Notes under the pieces: model-generated
Database searches by the model: none
What the model saw: the letters and a program-made list of their open reading frames with translations, nothing else
What the model was told of the DNA's origin: nothing
Origin: Tricharina praecox
Taxonomy: Eukaryota
Assembly (NCBI RefSeq): GCF_024521635.1
Contig: NW_026250425.1
Coordinates: 248,001-312,000 of the forward strand
Length of the DNA: 64,000 nucleotides
Direction: 5' to 3'
Shown: positions 28,201-40,060 of the stretch, piece after piece
Numbering within the stretch: the first letter of the stretch is position 1
How the letters are laid out: every line of letters begins with the position of its first letter
Position numbers and translations under genes: made by a program

Positions 28201-29351
28201 AAGACCGCGGCGGAATCATGCGCCAGTGACGCCTTGAGTAGCAAACAGCGGAGACGCATGGATGAGAGCCTAGAGGTGCGTCTGGATTGGATCTGGTACA
28301 TACATGATAACTGGGCGCCTGGGACTCGAAGTGGTGATGTGCATATTTACTTGGAAGTTGGACCGGTGAAACCTGAAGGCCATCATTCTTTGCACACTGA
28401 CTGAGCTAGAATAAATCTAGCTCGCCTCTGGGATTCCTGGTGATAGAATGGGCGGTGTGGTGGTGTGCGTGGTGGGGTGTTATGCGGGTCAGGCTATCTA
28501 AGAACATCCTCCGCTGCTGCTCGTCGGAGACGTAGAAATCTCAATGGCTCTATGCTGACTATCTTCAGTTTCTCATGCGATCGCCGATGGTGATGGTGAA
28601 TCGTGATTCTCGCACTGCTAAAGATTCTCCCCCGTTCGGCGGATAATAGGTACCGCCACCACCTGAAGCGCCACAAGCGCGTACTGAGCAAGTTCGGGAT
28701 ATAGTAGTCATGTGGCGTTTCGCACGATTATGGATCCTCACCCCTTTGAGACTTAAACGAATATTCCTGGGCCCGAATAAGGGGCCGATTAAGCTACGAT
28801 ACATCAGAGAGGAAGTCCAGCCAGCCCAGTGCCGGTAGACTAGTCGTGCCGACGGCTACCTACGTACAGTGCTCTCACTCGAGCCCAAACCAAAAATGGG
28901 AAGTATTCGTCGGCCGATGGGGCGCCATTTAAAATTTTACACTCGCAGGACGTCACCCGTAACACGACCGTTATTTGAACGGGCACGAATAGAGAAACTA
29001 TTGTATGCAAATTCTGGTCGATTAATACCGAGTGATATTTCAACATCGCCAGTGACCGGCAAAACATCGCATATCAGACAATCCGCTCGAATAGAAGGTT
29101 CTCCCTTGAGGCCCAGCTTGAAAGAGTGGACGGATAGTAAATAGCACTGCATATACCTCTTGACTCGCCGCATAGGAGTAGCCTCGGTATCCCAAATGAG
29201 ATTCAATACTCGTATGTGTTTGCTCTGTTAAAAAAAGTCGCCCCAAGCTAATAGAACTCGGTCCGCACCAACTCGGTCCGCACAAACACGGTCCGTACCA
29301 GCACGCTCGGATTTTCCTCTTTCACTTCAGACGCCCGTACTCGACAAGTAG

Positions 29352-30067
29352 ATGCCATCTCAAGCTTCAATGCTCCTCATGCATGCACGAGGCTCTACGA
29401 AACCGACCGGAAGTAGACGACCACCCTCGTTCATCATGAATACCTCCTCCACCACCGTCATGAACACCTCCACCACCACTACCGCCGCCACCACCACCAC
29501 CACCACCACCACTACCGACAAACTTCTTCATGTTCTTGCGCAGACACGCCAACAACCTTCCCAAGGTGACCTCCCCTTCCCACCTTGCCTCGCAGTCATT
29601 AACAACTATCACTTCCAGACAACAGAATGAGTACGGCGACCATCCATCGCCACCAGGCCCAACGCCGGGGTTCGAACCAAGCGCACTACCGTATTGAACG
29701 AGCTACGCAGAGGGCACTCCGACAGATCGCTGCCGCCCGTCTCCGGTACGCCTCCGCCAGCGCGCGTATCGAGGCTGCGATAGACACTGCTGAGAGCCGG
29801 CTCACCCGCGCTGCCGACGAGGCAACCAGACGGATGCTCTCGGCGCATCTTCAGCGACTTGGCGTGCGGCTCAGAGTCGTCGAGGACCAGTACTCGAACG
29901 AGCGCCAGCTATTTCTCACCAATATCGAATTCCTGCCCATCCAGTGGGAGGTCGCACAGCCCTATCTGGAAGGGTGGGCCTGGCTCGACAATACAGCGGT
30001 GGAGGCGTCTGGAGCGCTGCGGTTGGAAGTCATCCAGGAAGACGAAGAGCCTGGAGTGGACTGTTGA
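29352..30067 (+). CDS. Orphan protein with Thr-rich N-terminus and helical/coiled-coil-like C-terminal part; one intron (29566-29618); start at 29352 or 29436
   Basis: A GT donor, ATTAAC branch and CAG acceptor join ORF 29352..29630 in frame to ORF 29627..30067. The amino acid composition is protein-like. Confidence 0.55.
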
Positions 30068-31337
30068 TGAGACGTGAGAGGGAAGAGGGAAGAGGGAGGG
30101 AGGGATATCACTCGCCTTGGGGCTCCGACTTCACCTAGCCTATGGTCCGCTTTCTACTCTGGTTGGTGTCATCCTTATCCAATCGTTCCTCTGCTGACTG
30201 TGAGCGAGCAGTATGTTTCCTGAAAATGTTCGTTTGCCTTTCACATACCGCTTAATCGGTCACCAAACGCAGCACCCGTGATCACTCGCCCTTTTGATCC
30301 TCTATCATGTTCTCCCGCCTAAATCCCATCCCGTGGCTTTTCACGACATAACTTGAGCGGCAGAACATCTGATGACGCACGAGCTCCTGCCCAAGCCCAC
30401 CCACTACACTTTCGTGATATGAATTAGTTATGCGCTACGCCAGCTCCCGAAATAGGTCGATCAGTGGCTTGCATGAGCGCCTATCAGAGATTCAGCACAT
30501 CTATCTAGCCGCAGCTGCTGCGCTGCGGGCTGTGCGACATGCAGAGCCAAGCGAGAAGCCCCTGCACGGAGGGGTGGATCCTCGGTTTGCACGGAGCGAA
30601 GATGTGGTGTTGTGAAGGTCCTTTTGTTTCTCCAGATCCGCATCCGTCGAGTGTTTGGAAAGCTCTTGACCGTGATGCAGTATACTATATTGTGGGTATC
30701 CCGTCGAAGCTATCCAACGGCGGGGTACCTAGTTGCATCGTCATATCATTCCATGAAGGTCCGTCTCCACGACAACGGCGGCGACTCATCTCCTCCCTCC
30801 TCCATCCCCCCTCCACACCACTTGACTGTCTCAGTCTTCGCCAGTAACCACGCCACTTTCTTCTGCCGAAGTCTATCCTAGCGGGTCTCACTCGCATCCC
30901 AAAGATCCCGATGAGCACACTGTGAGCAGTCACGAAATCAGATGGGGGTAGTTAATCCAAGGGTGAGAATCAATGAATATATCACATTTTGAAAAAGTGT
31001 TGCAGGTGATGTCAGCTCGACTCTAGAGTACACAGATACACTGCCGAATTGTCCAGGATCGAGCTGAGCAGAAGCGGGGAAACAGCTTGGCCACCCACTG
31101 TCTCTGCCGTCGAAGAATGGCGCAGTACCGGTATGTACTGGGAATCATTCTAACTATGGCCAGGTTTTCGTCCCATTGTGTTGACAGACGATAGGAAAAA
31201 AACATCCGAATGCTTCGGCACATTTTCTCTCCCTCAAACTCCCCTGGTAAGTATCTGGCGCCACGTGTCTACCTATCGCTCTCGGCTTCGCCCCAGACTA
31301 CGGCTCGGTCGCTGATCACGGGGTACTCCAAGCGGAG

Positions 31338-31520
31338 GATGTGCCCGGCCGCAGCAGATGTGCCCGGCCGCAGCAGATGTGCCCGGCCGCAGCAGATGTG
31401 CCCGGCCGCAGCAGATGTGCCCGGCCGCAGCAGATGTGCCCGGCCGCAGCAGATGTGCCCGGCCGCAGCAGATGTGCCCGGCCGCAGCAGATGTGCCCGG
31501 CCGCAGCAAATGTGCCCGGC
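31338..31520. repeat. Perfect 19-bp tandem repeat GATGTGCCCGGCCGCAGCA, 9 units plus a partial unit
   Basis: Directly visible. It ends about 25 bp before TATATAAA at 31546. Confidence 0.95.
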
Positions 31521-31834
31521 AAAGGATTAAGGGCGGCCAGTTTCCTATATAAACCATAGCAGATCCCCCCCGGGATGTGTGCAATGTGCGCAGTTGTGAG
31601 CGATGTGCCCAATGGCAGAGATGTGAGAGCGATGTGCCTCGTTCGCTCGAGAGAAGAGTGAAGTCCAGTGATGGACCGGCAGTTTTATAAGAACATAAGG
31701 GGCATGGAATTCGTACCCCCACCCCCCCTGACCCTCCATTCCTTCTCTCATTACCGCCAGCTTGAATTCGCGATTACCGTTCTTGTTTCATAGTCGTCGA
31801 AGGCTTGTGCATTCCTCCTGTATCAACACTATTG

Positions 31835-32825
31835 ATGTCAAAACGTTCTGAACTCCCCCTTGAACTCCAGGTAAGCCACAGTCTCACTTTCCCGTCGAGT
31901 TGACTGCCAGGTGCAAGATGAGCGGTAGCTTGCCGTCGATACGGTACTGACCGTTTCTTTCTAGGCGTTCGTCAGCCTCACACAGTCCTTCTCTCCTTCT
32001 CTCTACATCGCCCTGCTGGACGCAGCAGTAGTCGTCAACTCCGAAGAGATCCTGCCTCCATCCATAAGCGACTACGAATTACTTGGGCTGAAAGGAATGC
32101 TATTCCAATCGAGTCGGGTTATTGCCTGCCTTCGGTTCTGCCACGTATTGGAGACGGTATCGGTTATCTCTGCCCTCCCTCCGGTGACCTATACCGACCC
32201 TAAGGGTATCGGCCACTGCCTTCGAACGGCACCAAAGGGGGATGAATGGGATGGCAATCCAGAGCGTGGGCCCTTGGGTTCTGTCTACGGAACTGTACGT
32301 TGGAAGATGTCAATAAACTTCTCGTATGGGACTAATAGCGGGTCATTGATAGGCCAGCGCGAGCTCCGGCGCATATGCCAGTGATTCTGAGGCTTCCGAG
32401 GCTTCCGGAGCCCGATACCCTGCCAGAATGACTTCAAGAAACCAGATGCTCAAAGATCTGGAGACCATCCCCACCATCGAATATGCCGAGCGAATTCATC
32501 CATGGATTGCTTTCGGCCACTTCAGTGTAAGTTGAAAGGCTGCTGTTGATCCTTGCGTAAACGACGCTTGCGGAATAACACTGACCAAGTACTTACGTGC
32601 GAGTAGTTGACGAAACAAGAGTATCCGCTTGAGGAAACCAGCCCCTGGAACCAAATGAAAGCCATGATGAAGCAACAGCATGCCCGCACGCCAAGCAAAA
32701 ACCATGCCGGGAGCACTACTGGTAATGGAGGAGATGCGGGGCGGATTAAGAGACCCAGGACATCATTCTCTGGTAACAGAGATGTTGATGAAGACGGCGA
32801 TTGCAACGACTACGGGTACGACGAT

Positions 32826-32856
<31 letters not shown>

Positions 32857-34648
32857 GCAGATCTCCTACCGCGAGCCTACCTCCTGGGGATGATCTTATG
32901 GAATGCTTCTTATGCCAGGATCATTTTTTGGACTCTGACAGTTTATTGTAAGTACTCGCTATAGTCTAATCCAGTTAATATGTACATCATTAACCATAGC
33001 TGTCTTGCAGGCAACATCTCGTGCAATTCCATTCGGAAAACTGTTGTCCCATTTGTGAGGAGAAGATTACTTTGACCAACGGACGATATCAACTCAGATC
33101 CGGCGTGCTGATCAAGAATATCTTCTTCAAATTAAAGTTGATGAAGTGAGTGCACACATCTATTTCCGTACTCGAGACCAGCCCATAGAGCATAATGCTA
33201 ATGTTTTCGTAGACCCCATGTCATTAGGATTCATATAAGGCCCTACATATGTCTTATCACTGGGTGCGGCAAGAGATTCGATTCTCGTGGACTCAAAAAG
33301 CACCTGGGGTGTTGCGGGGAGCTTTCAAAAAGCCCTCACGACAAACAGGATATCCGGGATGCTATCGACCAGGTCGGGGGTACATCAGAATTTAAGAAGT
33401 GGGGTGACTTGGGCTCAAATCTGCAATTTCCAAGGCTTCATGCTTTGGTTGGGTTGTTCAAGGGATGCCAGAGCAAGGCACAGATGAAGGCGTACCTGTA
33501 TCGGAACGGACAGAAGATATATGACTGTGATGATTCTGCAGGCGTCGTGGATAGTAGGTGGCTCTCGTACAGACAATTTGAGCAGAATTCTAATCAATTG
33601 GTTAGGACTAGATGAGTTCTGGAATATACAGCCAGTCCTTTCCGAAAATCCGCCGCCGATCATAGAGCATCCCGATGTTTATGTGGTTGAAAGTCCGGGG
33701 ATTGAGTCACCGCGGCGAGGAGATGAGCCCGGTCCTTCCAATGGTACGGCTCAGACGCAGAAGAATACTCAGGCAAACACCAATGGCAACGACAACGTCT
33801 CCCTTGACACCCGTTCCTCTGCAACTAAGAACCTCAAAAGGCGGTGGGGTGCGCAGGTTTCGGAATCCGTCGAGACACCCGCATCGCGTCAACGAGCAAC
33901 GGGAATAGTACCAGACTCGAGTGTGGCCTCACCATTATTCGACTCGAACCATTCATCACTACAGTTGTCGTCTGTCTCCATGTCGTCCACAGAAGCAGGA
34001 GCCCCCGGTTTATTTTTATTAGGCACGGTTGCACCGCAAGATTTACACCGAGACTTTCAGAACGATAATATCGAGTTCAATTCCATGGGGCAAGAGTCTG
34101 CCGGATACACTCAACCCCACATTTCCACTCATCTAATGGATAATATCAATGAATCCTCCGTCTTGAATGCGGCTCTCCAACTACGGGTCTCGCAATACAC
34201 CGACGATTATCCGGTATCGCCAACCCCTCCCCAAACAGACCATGCCGAGCCACAACAGGATTATGACGATCAGAAGATGCTATGTTTCCTGCATTACCCG
34301 AACGAGATAGAAGTCCCAGCAGAAAACAGCCAGGACCACATCCGTGACCAGCCAGCAGCTTCTCCATACACAGATCAAGCAACACAATCTCCCAGATCTC
34401 CAGCTATTGTCCCGCAGGAGCAACCTCTTGAGGCGATTTCTTCGAACACGACTGGATATAATCTCGCGAAAACGTTTCACCAAACGAGCCCGGATATCTT
34501 TGCAGGGGTTTTGCGGTACATCCAGGAGAGTGGCATCATGATCTTGCCCGCCTACTCGTCCCCGGTCCCTTCCTCGTCTCACGATAGTGGAATCGCAAAG
34601 TCGAAGAGGAACAGCAGAACCCCCGGATATCATCATTCCCGTCAGTAA
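31835..34648 (+). CDS. C2H2 zinc-finger protein (about three fingers), six introns, long disordered C-terminus
   Basis: Phase-consistent model from MSKRSELPLELQ. Fingers are CFLCQDHFLDSDSLLQHLVQFH, CPIC...HVIRIH and RPYICLITGCGKRFDSRGLKKH. An acidic poly-Asp tract precedes them. The last intron (GTAGGT..TTCTAAT..TTAG) joins the 33521..34648 ORF. Confidence 0.75.
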
Positions 34649-34846
34649 CCACAGGTCGACCCACTTGCACAGGCTGGCCAGCATACACAGATTGGCCAGC
34701 ATACATACAGTAGCCAGCATTTACAGGCCCGCCACCATTCACGGGCTGGCCAGCATCCGCAGGCCGGCCAGCTTGGACAAGCCGACCAGCATCCACAGGC
34801 GGATCATTATTCACAAGCCGACCATTATCCACAGATTGGCGAGTAA
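34649..34846 (+). repeat. Degenerate 18-bp repeat reading as xQAGQH hexapeptides in frame with the zinc-finger gene, after its TAA
   Basis: PQVDPL AQAGQH TQIGQH TYSSQH LQARHH SRAGQH PQAGQL GQADQH PQADHY SQADHY PQIGE*. Confidence 0.75.
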
Positions 34847-35357
34847 TGAGAGGTCGGATAGTACCCGCCGACCGGTACCAACGAGGGGGCCGGAACACCA
34901 CACAGCGGGAGATTTTTGCGGGGCTGGTGCTTGCTTATTGCATCTTGGTTCTGCCTGTCACAGAGGATTGGGAGGAAGTAAAACAACCGTGAGTGTCATG
35001 GGAAGGCACCTCGGTAGGACGGAACCTAAACCGCAGGCCGTGCTCTTCCTTCTTGGTTCTGCGGGCAGCGGGTCGCCGGGGTGCTTCATCATCGCGTAGC
35101 ACTCGTCAAAATCCAAATCCGTGGTGGGCCTCCCGGATTAACGTTATCCAGGTCCCTGATAAGTTCAATAAACCCTTGGACATCCCCTCGGTGCTATGAT
35201 CCTAAGTTACATATTCTGAAATGGGCGTCATCAAAATCTCCATGGGTCGAGTCATTACATATTGATAAGGCCCGAAGACAACCGTTCACTCACAGTTACC
35301 TCGTGTAAGTGGTGCTCGGTGTGACTGATTTCGACTGTTCAACTTCGATCTGCCAAT

Positions 35358-35411
35358 TGTGTCGAATGTGCCGAATGTGCCGAATGTGCCGAATGTGCCG
35401 AATGTGCCGAA
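35358..35411. repeat. 9-bp tandem repeat TGTGCCGAA, ~6 units
   Basis: Directly visible. Confidence 0.9.
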
Positions 35412-36044
35412 CGCGCATCGCGCGCCGACCCGCCGATGTGTCGATGTGTCCTATGTGCCCAATGTGCACGATGTGCGCGGTGTGTTGTAGAGCCCTCTCA
35501 AAAGCCACGAGACTAGGTTGTTTGCCGTATCGAAGCACAGACAGACTGTGTTGAGGAATTTGCGCATGGCCAAAAGATCGACGACCCGCCTCAGCAGGCG
35601 AGGCCCAACCACACACCGGCCCAGCCCGGGCAGCTCTGCCCTCATCTTCCGCATGATGTCTTTTCATTAACCCACCGGATTACTGTTAACTGGTGAATTG
35701 CATCGGCATACTCTGCGTAGTTCGTGTTCGGTGTGGATCTTGATGTTCCCTCCCCTCACGTCACACACGCCGGCGGCTGATTGCCAGTTGGAAGGCTTGC
35801 GGAGCAGCATGTATGTCGGTTGGCGCCGCAAGGTCACGTGGCGGTAGAGTACGGAAGCACGGGCTTGTAGGCGCCCAGTACTTCCGGAAACCCGCGAAGC
35901 CGGTAGCAGGGGAACGCCATGGCCGAGAGCTCGATCGGACTCGGTATGCAATCGGTTTAGCTTTCATTCTCGATAGCTGTGGCATACGGGAATACAGCGG
36001 AGATAACAACTTCCGTACGGCAAGCAAAAACTGCGCTAGGACTC

Positions 36045-36193
36045 CTGCAGGCAACATCTCGTGCACTCCCATTGGGAAAACTGCTGTCCCGTTTGTGAGG
36101 AGAAGATTCTTTTGACCAACGGACGATATGAACTCAGATGTGGTGTGTTGATCCAGAATATCTTCTGCAAGACAAAGTTGATGAAGTGAGTGC
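36045..36193 (+). pseudogene. Duplicated zinc-finger exon (paralog of 33011-33145) with both splice sites; truncated
   Basis: Aligns without gaps to the exon at about 33007-33153 (QHLVHSHWENCCPVCEEKILLTNGRYELRCGVLIQNIFCKTKLMK versus QHLVQFHSENCCPICEEKITLTNGRYQLRSGVLIKNIFFKLKLMK). Homology stops 8 nt into the following intron. Confidence 0.85.
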
Positions 36194-36430
36194 CAGTGTT
36201 CGACACAGGTAGTCCAGTCCGTCCGTCCTAAGCCACGGACAGGACTGGACCGTATTTTGGTGGTCCGTCCGGGAGCGGTGTTCGGACGGACTAGTCCAAA
36301 GAAAATCGAGGCCAGACGAACTGCAGTTGACTGGAGTCCGCACCCAATCCACGTATTCCATGGACTTGACGAACTACATACTTTTACGCGGTCCGTCCAA
36401 GAGGTCGGACTGGACCAGATCTCCGACGAA
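36194..36430. mobile_element. Probable hAT-like DNA transposon terminus (single end)
   Basis: Begins CAGTGTT exactly where homology to the parent gene stops. Clustered GGACTGGAC/GTCCAGTCC/GGTCCGTCC motifs follow in both orientations, like subterminal repeats. No partner TIR was found. Confidence 0.5.
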
Positions 36431-36579
36431 CTGGCCAGAGGCACGGGACCCTCGAGCCGAGCGCAGCTAGTGCCGGATCTCGGTTCGCCTTGCTGGGAAC
36501 TGACCCGGAGCTCTACATAGCTATTCAATGGCCGACGACTATCTACAACTTTCGAGGCCCTCTTTCTTCAGCACGTTCA

Positions 36580-36608
36580 GGGGGGGGGGGGGGGGGGGGG
36601 GGGGGGGG
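36580..36608. repeat. Poly-G tract (29 nt)
   Basis: Directly visible. Confidence 0.9.
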
Positions 36609-37009
36609 AGGGGAGATTATCTTAGGATGTAGATAGGTACATATCAAACTGATTCCAATAGAGCGACTCAAGGATGAGTTGTTGATCCCGCTTGCGAGCA
36701 CCGGATGCGTAACTACCGATGGGCGATGGTGCTGCTCGCCGGCAACTTTCAAATTTCGATGTTGATATCATCACCATGCTCAAATACGACCTATGAGAAT
36801 ACCCGAGTAGTTATCGAGGTTTGAATACTTTAAACAGTGGACACTGGACACAGCTTCGGAGCTTCCATCATCCATGTGCTATTTATAGTTACTGGCTCGG
36901 CGCCCTGGTTATTAGTTAACCATTGTGCGACTCCAGTCACCCGCACCCGGACTCCCCGAGTTGCCGGACCAACAGGGTCAAGTCTCACGACACACTCCGC
37001 ACTCTCTCG

Positions 37010-38127
37010 ATGGCGAACTCATCTCCCAGCTCCGGCTCCAGCAAGGCCTCCAAAGCTTTCAAGGTCCGTCTAGTTAACGCGGAGCCCATCCACCGGCGCA
37101 CCAAGACCGGCTGCCTAACTTGCAGATTACGCAAGGTCAAGGTATATCTCCCCCGCCGCCAACTACGCGCTCCCCCACGTACATAACTACATGCCTTTTG
37201 CTGACGCAGTCGGCCCACCCCTCCCCAGTGCGACGAAGTGCATCCCATCTGCTCACGTAACAATTCCCCGAGCCCGCTCGCTGTGACTTCCGGCTTGCTT
37301 GCTTTCCGGCTGACACGCGTGATCCACAGGATGTCAGAAGGTCGGCCGCGTGTGTACATACCCGGCGCCAGAGGACCAGCGCCCAAAACCTTCGAGGATA
37401 CAAAAGCCCGGGGCTTCCCGAAAACCGTCTTTTTCGGCTTCAGGGAATAGCCAAGAGACAGTGTGTAGTGTAGGGATGGATAGCAATGCGCAGGTAACTT
37501 CTCTCGAGGGACTGGGGGGGAGGGTTTTTTTCTTTTCTCGCAGCGAGTCCACCACTAATTCCTCCTCCGTCTCCCGCGTAGGTCCCCGCGTCCCAAGCCC
37601 CACCGTATGCATATTGGATGAGCATCCCGTCACGTGCAACACTTCTGCCTATCGTCGTGCCTCCTGCGATCCCTCCGCCTCCGCCGCCGCTACCGAACCC
37701 CTCCGTTGAGCACGGCAGCCAGCCACGGCAAGAATACAGTCAGCTCCACATCGACCCTCTCCTGGACCTCTCCAAGGCAGATTCGGACGCACTGGGACCG
37801 AAAGTGCTGGCGAAGCTGCCAGACTTCATCGATGCTTATGCGGATATCTCGAAGGCGGTCGATGAGTCCGGCCCGATGGCTGGAGACGCGCTGGCAAGGA
37901 TACTACTCGAGGGACCGCTAGAGCGCGCTATACGACGGCAGGTACGGTTGACGAGCGGTGGAGATAATGTCATGTCAGTGCCCGTGTTGGTGAACGGTAG
38001 ATTATTCTCTCCCAGGGCGAATCCCAGCATTGCTAATACGTAAACCTAGATAAAACAAGATATCCTTCGACTCACAGGCCCTAAACATCGGAGACCGATT
38101 ATTCTCGACGATAGATCTAGGCTATAG
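37010..38127 (+). CDS. Short Zn(II)2Cys6 protein without an MHR domain, four introns
   Basis: Spliced RRTKTGCLTCRLRKVK|CDEVHPICS|RCQKVGRVCTY, followed by a Pro-rich segment and a helical C-terminus. Introns are canonical. Confidence 0.8.
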
Positions 38128-39136
38128 GGGGAGCACAGCGTTGCTTCGATGGCGATGAGGCTGCGCTCTCGTGGGGATGAGGCTGGGGAGGTTCGGGGTT
38201 TTGGGACTTGGCGATGCAAGGTGATACCTGACCGCGAATGTCCAACCGGTTACCGGAGTTGTGAATGATATATATGGGCTCCTTCCTCTTCGTTACTGTG
38301 AGGCTTGAGCAGTTTTATAAGTGAGGTACGACCACATAGCAAGCGTATATTTACTATTACCTACTAGATGTAACTACCTGGATGGGTAGAGTGGCGACGT
38401 ATGTAATCTGTGAAATCCCAATAAGCTCCGCAAATTTCGGAAGCCCGGCCCCATAATCCATTTCCCCTCCGGTGAAGTCAAAATTGACTCATACTTTTTG
38501 TGCATAAATCCATCAACAGCTGTATACCGGTATCCGGGAATCGCTCGTTACCGAATCTACAACTGCACCTTCCCTGGAAGCACCCCGCACTACATACCGC
38601 CGGCAATCCTTGTCAAAGCCAACCGGCAGCACCCGCAGCCATGGGCCCGCCTCATAAGGCGCTAGTTAGGTTAGCCAGATGCGGATGTGGTGTCAGTTAC
38701 GCACTAAGCGCGCTGGCGGCATGACCTCTTCGCTTGTGGGGGAGAGGGGGGGATTGGCCGGGCTGTGGGACAGGGCTGAGGGCCTTTGGGCCTTGATTGG
38801 CCCATCAACTGCCATCCGGTTTCTTTGCTTCTCCAGTCTGTCATTCGTTCTGGCAGCATTCGACCAGTGCTATGCCCATGTTCCACGAATCATCCTTCTG
38901 CACTCGTCCACTTTGGTCCTATTCCGTTATCCATGTCGGGCCCGACGCTACCAGAAGCTTTTTTGCTTGTCTCCTGGCCTGGCCAGGCATCACACTATTC
39001 ACTCTTGTGCACGTACATTGCTACCATCCGCCTTTCTCTATCCATCCAGTCTGTTATCCGCAGCACCCTACATACATTACTCCGTCTCCACACTCCAGCT
39101 TCTCTTTCCACTTTCCTATCTCCATCTGCAGGCAGC

Positions 39137-40060
39137 ATGGATAACCGTACCCCAAAATACCCCACGACTTACTACCCCCCGAGGAGACCGAGACGCGGAG
39201 TAGGCCACTGGGTTCCGCACGCGCTGACGGTCGAGCCCGCCATCGCAGCCGACATCCCCTCTATCGTATCCATCATTTGCCGGTACGCCCCGAAGATCGA
39301 CCCACGCTTCGACGGTATCTTCCCACGGCGCACGCGATTTCCCGGCGACTTCCGGCAATTCATCACGGAGCGGCTAACCGAATTCTTCGAATCCCCGCAA
39401 TACCACCTCCTCTCGGCGGTAATCCACATTGACGGGCAAGATCCGCGGTGCGGCTGCCCCGTCGAAAGGCCCGGCACGCTGGTCGTCGGCTTCGCACTGT
39501 GGGAGCGCGTGGGCCGCGGGAAACAACTCGAGATCATAGAGAAGATCTCCGGCTACGGCTGGCTCACGCGGCTGGTACGCATCATTGCCGCCACCGTCAC
39601 CGCCCCGCTAGCGTTCAACCTCGCAGTCAACCACGAGGAGTACGAGGCGTACGTCGCCGCTCGCGAGATGCAGGACGCAGAGTTCTCGATATACCACGCG
39701 GAGCACTGGCGGCTGCACGCGGTGGTTGTGAATCCGCGCTGGAGCTCGTGGGGGGTCGGGAAGAAGCTCATCTCGTGGGGTTTGGATAAGGCGCGCGAGG
39801 ACGATGTCGCCGTCGAAGCGGAGACTACCCCCCTCGGTACGCATTGCGAGGAGCTTTTTGTTCGCTTGGGGTTCACCAGGTTCGGGAAGTTTATGCCGAC
39901 GGTGAATGGGGTTTTTATGGGCACGACCATGCGTTGGCAGCCGTGGATGTCTCCGCCGAAGATGCGCATGGCGAAGTTGGACGCGGGCGCGGAGAAGGTG
40001 GGAGAGAAGAAGAAGCCATTGGTCAGGACGGAGCCGGAGGTGTGTACTTGCTATGGATAG
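39137..40060 (+). CDS. GNAT-family N-acetyltransferase
   Basis: VVGFALWER, then WRLHAVVVNPRWSSWGVGKKLISWGLDKAREDDVAVEAET..G..LFVRLGF (motifs A and B). Likely start is ATG 39137 within the longer ORF. Confidence 0.85.
   Translation: MDNRTPKYPTTYYPPRRPRRGVGHWVPHALTVEPAIAADIPSIVSIICRYAPKIDPRFDGIFPRRTRFPGDFRQFITERLTEFFESPQYHLLSAVIHIDGQDPRCGCPVERPGTLVVGFALWERVGRGKQLEIIEKISGYGWLTRLVRIIAATVTAPLAFNLAVNHEEYEAYVAAREMQDAEFSIYHAEHWRLHAVVVNPRWSSWGVGKKLISWGLDKAREDDVAVEAETTPLGTHCEELFVRLGFTRFGKFMPTVNGVFMGTTMRWQPWMSPPKMRMAKLDAGAEKVGEKKKPLVRTEPEVCTCYG

Noticed and set aside
29627..29630. ATGA stop-start overlap suggesting translational coupling
   Set aside because: Better explained by intron 29566-29618 joining the two ORFs in frame.
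31338..31520. CRISPR-like array
   Set aside because: Units are contiguous with no spacers, the context is eukaryotic, and there are no cas genes.
38786..39136. 117-aa N-terminal extension of the GNAT ORF
   Set aside because: It begins at a non-ATG codon and looks like pyrimidine-rich UTR, so ATG 39137 is preferred.
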